From a virus, in the IMG/VR virus record IMGVR_UViG_3300027779_000018, positions 17,952 through 81,951 of that record: DNA of 64,000 bases; one strand, 5' to 3'. Shown here one piece after another: positions 57,843 through 64,000 of the stretch. Numbering within the stretch: position 1 is the first letter of the stretch; every line of letters starts with the position of its first letter. The notes below the pieces were generated by a model, which saw nothing but the letters and a program-made list of their open reading frames with translations, was not told the origin of the DNA and made no database searches. The position numbers and the translations under genes were made by a program.

Positions 57843-58741
57843 TGCCTACAGGTCAACAACCATATCCTTATACAATTCCAGCAATAGGTCAAACCCCATA
57901 TGGGTATACTGCTAACGCACAACAACCCATTATTGCAAATGCACAGTCTCCATTTACTTATGCGAGACAAGCTCAAGCTGTGGTGCAAGCGATTGCTGTT
58001 GGCCGAATACCTTATCCATATATAGCCTCTGCACAGTCTCCATTTACCTATTCTAATAGACAGCCAGGCACATATCCTAGGATTGCACAGGTTACTTATC
58101 AGCATCCGAGTACCTATCAACATAGAACACCGAGTATCTATCAACATCCAACGATTACTCAGACACCGTTTACCTATGCTAGACAAGCACAGACTACATA
58201 CCCTTATCAGGCCTCTGCACAGACTCCAAGTATTGCAAATGGACAATCGACTTCACAACAACCTTATGCTTATCAGGCAGCTTCACAGACTCCATATATC
58301 GCGAATGCACAACAACCGTATCCTTATATTGCTAATACACAGTCCCCTTATGCTTATCAAGCAAATTCACAGACTCCATATATTGCGAATGGTCAGACTA
58401 ATATCAATGTACAGAATACTGCAAGTACACAGACTCCAAGTATTGCAAACGGACAACAACCTTATCCGTATATAGCCGGTGGACAACAACCTTATATTGC
58501 AAATGGACAACAACCAACTATCGTCCAACAGCCTTACATAACACAGTATAGTTTTCAACAACCTTATGCTTATCAGGTTACATACACTAATACAAGAACA
58601 ATCGGGCCACTTGCAAAAGTCAAGGGAGTATTTGTAAATAAGGCTGGAAGTGTAGAAAAAGTAGACGAAGTATTTACAAATTCTAGTGGATCATTAGAAA
58701 AAGTTCATCAATCTGTTCCTTCGGCACAGTATCAAACTTAA
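57842..58741 (+). CDS. Gln/Pro/Tyr-repeat protein (paralogue of the upstream N-terminus)
   Basis: ANAQQPYPYI and QTPFTY repeats; TAATG coupling. Confidence 0.82.
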   Translation: MPTGQQPYPYTIPAIGQTPYGYTANAQQPIIANAQSPFTYARQAQAVVQAIAVGRIPYPYIASAQSPFTYSNRQPGTYPRIAQVTYQHPSTYQHRTPSIYQHPTITQTPFTYARQAQTTYPYQASAQTPSIANGQSTSQQPYAYQAASQTPYIANAQQPYPYIANTQSPYAYQANSQTPYIANGQTNINVQNTASTQTPSIANGQQPYPYIAGGQQPYIANGQQPTIVQQPYITQYSFQQPYAYQVTYTNTRTIGPLAKVKGVFVNKAGSVEKVDEVFTNSSGSLEKVHQSVPSAQYQT

Positions 58742-58759
58742 GGTGGTATAAATAGTATT

Positions 58760-59092
58760 ATGGCAATCATTGCAAACATATTCATAGATCAAGGTGCGGA
58801 CTTCAGTATTACTGTAGATGTATCTGATGCAGACGGAAATGTATTGAGTCTCACTGGTTATACTGCAGCGGCACAAATAAGAAAAACTTATAGTTCTTCT
58901 AGTATATCTAAGACCTTTTCGAATTCAATTAATGCAGCTGCGGGTCAGGTAACTTTAACTCTAACGGATACACAAACAGCTGCTATTGAAGCAGGACGTT
59001 ATGTATATGACTTAAACGTAACGAGTGGTGGTGGAACAACTACAAGAGTAGTGGAAGGTCAGGTAATTGTAACGCCTGGCGTAACGAGGTAA
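58760..59092 (+). CDS. Ig-like virion adaptor protein
   Basis: IDQGADF, LTGYT..AQIRK, GRYVYD, RVVEG...VTPGVT. Confidence 0.8.
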   Translation: MAIIANIFIDQGADFSITVDVSDADGNVLSLTGYTAAAQIRKTYSSSSISKTFSNSINAAAGQVTLTLTDTQTAAIEAGRYVYDLNVTSGGGTTTRVVEGQVIVTPGVTR

Positions 59093-59098
59093 TTCAAT

Positions 59099-59338
59099 AT
59101 GGCAATTAAAGGAACATTAAGTAGAGTAGCCACAATTGGTGGTAGCATTGTTGGGGCCGGAGCAATTCGTGCGAAACAAGTAGCTATTGGGACAAGTGGT
59201 GACACAAATATTTCAGCAAGATCAATCAATGAACTTGCAGATGTAAACGTGACGGAGAGCGATGACGGTCTTCTTTCATATGATGCAGCGACAGATAAGT
59301 GGGTAACAACTACCACACTTGACGGTGGAACATTCTAG
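59099..59338 (+). CDS. small fibre-linker protein ending LDGGTF
   Basis: L.DV.....DG.L.YD....KW repeat unit plus DGGTF. Confidence 0.75.
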   Translation: MAIKGTLSRVATIGGSIVGAGAIRAKQVAIGTSGDTNISARSINELADVNVTESDDGLLSYDAATDKWVTTTTLDGGTF

Positions 59339-59364
59339 TTTACTAAATAACTATATCAAATCAA

Positions 59365-59447
59365 GGTTGTCAACCAGTGAGACAACGACCCACATTGTGA
59401 GTGGACAGTATATATTATGCAATCACGGCCTCGACAGTGACAGGTCA
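59365..59447 (+). promoter_or_regulatory. structured 5' leader with three GUGA-loop hairpins
   Basis: GTTGTC/GACAAC, CCAC/GTGG and GGCCT/AGGTC stems downstream of ACTAAATA (59342). Confidence 0.5.
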
Positions 59448-59483
59448 TAATTAAATAAATCAAATTTTATAGGAAATATAAAA

Positions 59484-61232
59484 ATGGCAACAGTAATTCA
59501 AATCAAAAGAAGTACAGGTTCCAGTGCTCCTTCTACTACTAATCTTAGTGAAGGTGAATTGGCATATGTACAAGATAGATCGAATTCAGGTGCTAGTGCA
59601 AAACTTTACATTGAATCCGTAGATTCAGATAACTCTACACCCCTAATCCATGCGATTGGTGGTAAGTATTATACTGATATCTTAGGTGGTTCAAGTGCAA
59701 CTCCTGCTGACTTATTAGTCGGTAATGGTGCAACTACTGGTGGTAGTGTTAAGTTTATGGAAGATTCAGACAACGGAACTAATTTCGTTGCATTGAAATC
59801 ACCCAATACACTAGGTTCATCTTTAACATTCGAACTCCCCTCAGCTGATGGTTCTGCAAACCAAGTACTTGGTACTAGTGGTGCAGGAGTCTTAAGCTTT
59901 ATATCAACAACATCCACAGTCGCAGGTGCTTCTGACACAACTTATTCAGGCCTTGCAGATGCAGACCTAAGTGTGTATGACACTGCAACTTCTAAGTGGA
60001 TAAACAAAGCAGTATCAGGTGATGTTACTATGTCCGACCTTGGAGTATTTACTCTTGGCGCAGACGTAGCAGACGGAACTAATATTGCAGACGATTCTAT
60101 TAACTCAGAACATTATGTAGATGGTTCGATTGATCTTGCACACATGAGTGCAAATTCAGTTGACTCAGATCAGTATGTTGATGGTTCAATAGACACAGCT
60201 CACTTTGCAGCAGACGCTGTTGATGCAGCTGCCTTAGCATCCAACGCGGTAGTATTTGCTTCCGTAGACGGTGCAGCGGTAGTTAATGCAACTGAAACAG
60301 TTGCAGGCAACTCAACATCTGATGTTACATTCCCAACAACTAAAGCAGTATACGATTATGTTTCTGCAATTGATGTTGATGATGATCTAACAGTAGCAGG
60401 TGACAGTGGATCAGGTACAGTTAACTTTGACGCACAATCACTTACAATTGCTGGTACAGCAAACGAAGTTGATACAGCAATGTCAGGACAAACTCTAACA
60501 GTTGGTCTTCCTTCAAACGTAACAATTGCAAATAACTTGACAGTTTCAGGTAACTTAATATCAGACGATATTACTACAGCTACTTTGACAACTTCAGGTA
60601 ACTTGACAGTTACAGGTGACTTAGCAGTCAACGGAACTACTACTACAGTAAACTCTACTACAGTCTCTATTGCAGACCCAGTTTTTCAAATTGGTTCAGA
60701 TGCTTCAGATGACAACTTAGACCGTGGTATTAAGTTTGAATATAACGATGGAACTGCGAAAGTTGGTTTCTTCGGTATGGACGACTCAAGTGGTAAGTTC
60801 GTAGCTCTTTCTAGTGCAACAGATTCCTCTTCAGTATTCTCAGGTACAGCTATGGCTGCAACCTTTGGTGCAGTAGAAGCTTCAGGTTTAGCACTTTCAG
60901 GTTCAATTACTTCTCTAGACGGTTCAGCTCCAACAGCTGGCCAGTTAATGATTGGTACTGGTTCTGACTTTGCAGCTGGGACAGTAACAGCTGGTGAAGG
61001 TATTGATGTAACTAATGCTTCAGGTAGTATTACTATCGCAGCAGAAGATGCAACAGTGTCTAACAAAGGTATAGCTTCATTTGCAACTGCAATATTCGAT
61101 GTTACATCGGGTGCAGTGTCAATTAAAGACTCAACTGCTACAGTAAAAGGAATAGCTTCATTTGCAGCTGCTAACTTTACAGTAGCATCAGGTGCGGTCT
61201 CATTAACAGCAATAGACGGCGGTACGTTCTAA
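59484..61232 (+). CDS. fibre protein (Mtd-N-like IQIKRS start, IDGGTF end)
   Basis: MATVIQIKRS..GELAY, YVDGSID repeats, KGIASF repeats. Confidence 0.82.
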   Translation: MATVIQIKRSTGSSAPSTTNLSEGELAYVQDRSNSGASAKLYIESVDSDNSTPLIHAIGGKYYTDILGGSSATPADLLVGNGATTGGSVKFMEDSDNGTNFVALKSPNTLGSSLTFELPSADGSANQVLGTSGAGVLSFISTTSTVAGASDTTYSGLADADLSVYDTATSKWINKAVSGDVTMSDLGVFTLGADVADGTNIADDSINSEHYVDGSIDLAHMSANSVDSDQYVDGSIDTAHFAADAVDAAALASNAVVFASVDGAAVVNATETVAGNSTSDVTFPTTKAVYDYVSAIDVDDDLTVAGDSGSGTVNFDAQSLTIAGTANEVDTAMSGQTLTVGLPSNVTIANNLTVSGNLISDDITTATLTTSGNLTVTGDLAVNGTTTTVNSTTVSIADPVFQIGSDASDDNLDRGIKFEYNDGTAKVGFFGMDDSSGKFVALSSATDSSSVFSGTAMAATFGAVEASGLALSGSITSLDGSAPTAGQLMIGTGSDFAAGTVTAGEGIDVTNASGSITIAAEDATVSNKGIASFATAIFDVTSGAVSIKDSTATVKGIASFAAANFTVASGAVSLTAIDGGTF

Positions 61233-61247
61233 TTATAGGGGCATAAC

Positions 61248-62072
61248 ATGGCAACAGTTATTCAATTCAAAAGGTCTAGCACTCAAAATGCAGTGCCACT
61301 CACAGGTGATTTATCACTAGGTGAATTGGCAGTAAATACCTACTCAGGTAGATTTTACACCGAGAAAAATGACGGTTCAGCTGCCATAGTTGAGGTGGGG
61401 TCAAATCCATCTTCACTAACTATCAATGGAGCGGTATCTCTTCCTACAAGTGATGGAACAAATGGACAATTACTTTCTACAAACGGTTCGGGAACAGTTG
61501 GATGGGCAGATGCAGCGTCAAGCTCATTATCAACATTCATCTATACAGTTACGAGTTCAACTCAAACTGTATTCTCAGGATCGGATGACAACAGTGCAAC
61601 TTTAAGTTACACAGTTGGTTTAGAAGGTGTTTATCTAAACGGTGTTAAATTAGTAAGTGGTGACGATTATGTTACTACTTCTTCTACCGTAGTTACATTA
61701 CAGGCGAATGCCGTAGATGGAGATGTCTTACAGGTTGTAGCGCAAACTTCAGTGTCAAACTTAGTGCAAGGTAATTATACTACCTCTGCATTGACAGCGA
61801 CAACTGCAGACCAAGTGTTATCTTCGAATGGAGTCGCAAATAAAGCGATTAAATATGTCGTAATGGCAACCCATTCAAGTGGAACACACGCTGCTGAAGT
61901 ATTATTAATAAATAACGGTACAAATGCGTATTTCGTTCAATATGGTGATGCATTCTCTGCTTCCTCATTATTTACATTCAATTCGGATGTGAACAGTGGG
62001 AACATGAGATTGTTAGTTACCCCTGCGAATACAAATACAACATTTACTACCTTTCAAATTAGATTAACATAG
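61248..62072 (+). CDS. fibre/adaptor protein (IQFKRS start, C-terminal beta-sandwich)
   Basis: MATVIQFKRS..GELA; VYLNGV...DY module; shared C-terminal domain. Confidence 0.8.
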   Translation: MATVIQFKRSSTQNAVPLTGDLSLGELAVNTYSGRFYTEKNDGSAAIVEVGSNPSSLTINGAVSLPTSDGTNGQLLSTNGSGTVGWADAASSSLSTFIYTVTSSTQTVFSGSDDNSATLSYTVGLEGVYLNGVKLVSGDDYVTTSSTVVTLQANAVDGDVLQVVAQTSVSNLVQGNYTTSALTATTADQVLSSNGVANKAIKYVVMATHSSGTHAAEVLLINNGTNAYFVQYGDAFSASSLFTFNSDVNSGNMRLLVTPANTNTTFTTFQIRLT

Positions 62073-62084
62073 GAGAATTAACAA

Positions 62085-62495
62085 ATGGCTAAGACAAATA
62101 GTTTTAAAATAGCAGAGTTAATTCGTGGAATACAGTTTGATATCGAGAACGATGTCATTACAACTTCCAAACATATTAACTCTAAGAGTAAAAAGGTCGG
62201 AAGGCAGACTAAAACATCCGTGTCACAATTTTCTCTCGATACATTTGCGAAAGCAGATTATCGTGCAGCAAGATACATCATTGCAATGGCAGAGGGGACT
62301 AATTTCCACTCTACAGAAATAATGTTGGTACACGATGGTTCAGTTGTAACTTTAACCGCGTACGGAACATTGAAAGACGGAACACTTGCATCAATAGATG
62401 CAGATATCAGTGGTTCAAATGTTCGTTTATTGGTAACACCTGCGAGTACAGCATCTACTATCATTAAATTTGATAGGACTCTAGTTGAAGCGTAA
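62085..62495 (+). CDS. small beta-sandwich virion protein
   Basis: YR.ARY, EI..VHDG, YG, DISG..VRL..TPA (paralogous domain). Confidence 0.78.
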   Translation: MAKTNSFKIAELIRGIQFDIENDVITTSKHINSKSKKVGRQTKTSVSQFSLDTFAKADYRAARYIIAMAEGTNFHSTEIMLVHDGSVVTLTAYGTLKDGTLASIDADISGSNVRLLVTPASTASTIIKFDRTLVEA

Positions 62496-62518
62496 ATTAT
62501 CAGATATATTATAAATCT

Positions 62519-62547
62519 AAAGGGGACTTTCGAGTCCCCTTTTTTTT
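62519..62547 (+). terminator. intrinsic terminator
   Basis: AAAGGGGACT-TTCG-AGTCCCC followed by T8. Confidence 0.9.
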
Positions 62548-62578
62548 ACATGAGACTCTTTAGGGTATAAATAGTATT

Positions 62579-63412
62579 ATGGCAACTCAATCAAAATTCT
62601 ATGCCGATCTAGGCATCAAATCTCTAACTCATACTGAGATTGATGGCAATCTTCAAGTTAGTGGAAACCTAACTGTAACTGGCTCACAAACGATTATTGA
62701 TTCAACAACAAGTTCAGTTGTTGATTCTATGATGGAACTAGCTAGTGGGAACACTTCTGCAGATTTAATTGACATTGGGTTCTATGGAAACTATAATGAT
62801 GGTCTGTCAGGTGAAGGTGACGTATCAGAATACACAGGTTTATTCAGGGACGCAAGTGACTCAACATGGAAGTTATTTGATGGTCTAGAAACAGAACCAA
62901 CTACAACAGTAGATTTATCGGGTGGAAACTATGCACTTGCAGATTTAACGGTTGGTGATCTAACTGCAACTACCTTGACTGCAACCAATGGACTTACAGG
63001 TTCATCTATAACTTACCCAACCAGTGATGGAACAAGTGGACAGTTTATTAAAACGAATGGTAGTGGTGGGTTATCTTTTGATGATGCAGGGGGACTTACA
63101 GAGGGAAATCTAACAACTACTGCAACCACACAAACAACTTTAGACTCATGGTCAACTTCGACATACAGAAGTTCTAAATACCAAATTCAAGCAAGTGATT
63201 CGACTTCGGGTGAATACCACGTTATCGAAATCCAAACAATACATAATGGAACTACAGCGTACCATGTTCAATATGGAGAGATGCACACAGGGTCTTCTCC
63301 ACTTGCAACATTCACTGTAGATATAAATATAGGAACATTAAGGCTCAGGGTTACTCCAGCCTCTACAAATTCTACTGTATTTAAATTTAAAAAGATCGAA
63401 CTCGTAGTTTAG
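62579..63412 (+). CDS. fibre protein with the shared C-terminal beta-sandwich
   Basis: GNLTVTG, DIGFYG.Y, GLFRDASD; YRSSKY..HNGT..YG..RL..TPA. Confidence 0.8.
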   Translation: MATQSKFYADLGIKSLTHTEIDGNLQVSGNLTVTGSQTIIDSTTSSVVDSMMELASGNTSADLIDIGFYGNYNDGLSGEGDVSEYTGLFRDASDSTWKLFDGLETEPTTTVDLSGGNYALADLTVGDLTATTLTATNGLTGSSITYPTSDGTSGQFIKTNGSGGLSFDDAGGLTEGNLTTTATTQTTLDSWSTSTYRSSKYQIQASDSTSGEYHVIEIQTIHNGTTAYHVQYGEMHTGSSPLATFTVDINIGTLRLRVTPASTNSTVFKFKKIELVV

Positions 63413-63514
63413 TCAAAATATTTTCAGATTCTTTATAAGAAGTGGTGTCGGGAACAACTGATATGACTAAATAATTACATAACAAATTAATTACCATTCA
63501 CAGGATATAATCAA

Positions 63515-63748
63515 ATGGCAACTCAAAACAAATTCGTAATCGAATATGGTCTTAAAGTGGGAACTTCAGATGTTATCGATAGTGCAGGAAAGTTGGCGGC
63601 GGCGGCAATCACTAACCTAGACTCCGATGATCTTTCAGAAGGTTCTACTAACCTTTATTATGCTAATTCAAAAGTTGGAACATATCTTGCAGATAGTGGT
63701 CAAGCAAAAACTATAGCTAATGCGGCTATTGATGGGGGCACAATCTAA
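63515..63748 (+). CDS. small fibre-linker protein ending IDGGTI
   Basis: DDLSEGSTNLYY motif. Confidence 0.75.
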   Translation: MATQNKFVIEYGLKVGTSDVIDSAGKLAAAAITNLDSDDLSEGSTNLYYANSKVGTYLADSGQAKTIANAAIDGGTI

Positions 63749-64000
63749 TGGCAGGTGAAAAGAATTTTAATGTAAAGAATGGTTTATCCGTTGGTGGTGT
63801 AGAAGTAGTTGATTCATCTGCTGATCTAGTCGTAGGTGCATTTGGAACAGCTGCAAAAGAAGCAATCGATGATCAAGTTAATACCTTACTAACAGCAGGT
63901 TCAGGTGTATCATTATCTTATGATGACACTGCTGGAACACTTACAATTACAAGAGATGCGGAAACAGGTGACATATCAAGTGTTGTCGCTGGTTCGGGTC
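63748..64000 (+). CDS. fibre protein, 3'-truncated by the window end
   Basis: TAATG coupling; MAGEKNFNVKNGLSVGG...LSYDDTAGTLT...GDISSVVAGSG. Confidence 0.75.
   Translation, partial: MAGEKNFNVKNGLSVGGVEVVDSSADLVVGAFGTAAKEAIDDQVNTLLTAGSGVSLSYDDTAGTLTITRDAETGDISSVVAGSG

Noticed and set aside
56022-58741. CRISPR array or diversity-generating retroelement TR/VR pair
   Set aside because: The repeats are in-frame coding units of variable length with no unique spacers. No reverse transcriptase is in the window and no adenine-specific mismatch pattern was evident.
27597-62464. Numerous antisense ORFs of 60-165 aa inside structural genes
   Set aside because: These are shadow frames caused by the codon bias of the real genes; they have no SDs or recognisable motifs.
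1-64000. Stop-codon reassignment
   Set aside because: Core genes are full length under the standard code, and TAA, TAG and TGA all end genes at the expected positions.

Overview
This window is a 64 kb fragment of a large, AT-rich T4-like myophage with a marine cyanophage/pelagiphage-style gene order. The host is probably a proteobacterium, inferred from sigma70 promoters, a TorF-like porin, IscA, an MPxV-type bS21 and canonical DnaA boxes. Bases 1-27 kb are accessory, early and replication genes: 2OG-Fe(II) oxygenases, a porin, tRNA-Ala(UGC), a split NodU-type carbamoyltransferase, IscA, RimK, RNase H, a radical SAM/SDR pair, SleB, an exonuclease, gp33, gp59, gp32 and bS21. An origin-like island at about 5.8-7.6 kb carries four perfect tandem DnaA boxes, a strand-skew switch, paired 29-bp palindromes and a candidate pseudoknot sRNA. 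Bases 27-64 kb are the baseplate, tail and fibre module (tape measure, gp51, gp26, gp54, gp2, gp4, gp48, gp53, gp27-like, gp5, gp25, gp6, gp7, gp8, VrlC-like and many fibres). The most notable signals are the DnaA-box cluster, a probable -1 frameshift fusing gp26 to gp51, two Gln/Pro/Tyr-repeat proteins flanking a Hint autoprocessing domain, a DGGTF/IQxKRS head-to-tail fibre architecture, widespread leaderless starts alongside a phage bS21, and several structured non-coding RNAs. All calls come from motif recognition by eye; no searches were run.
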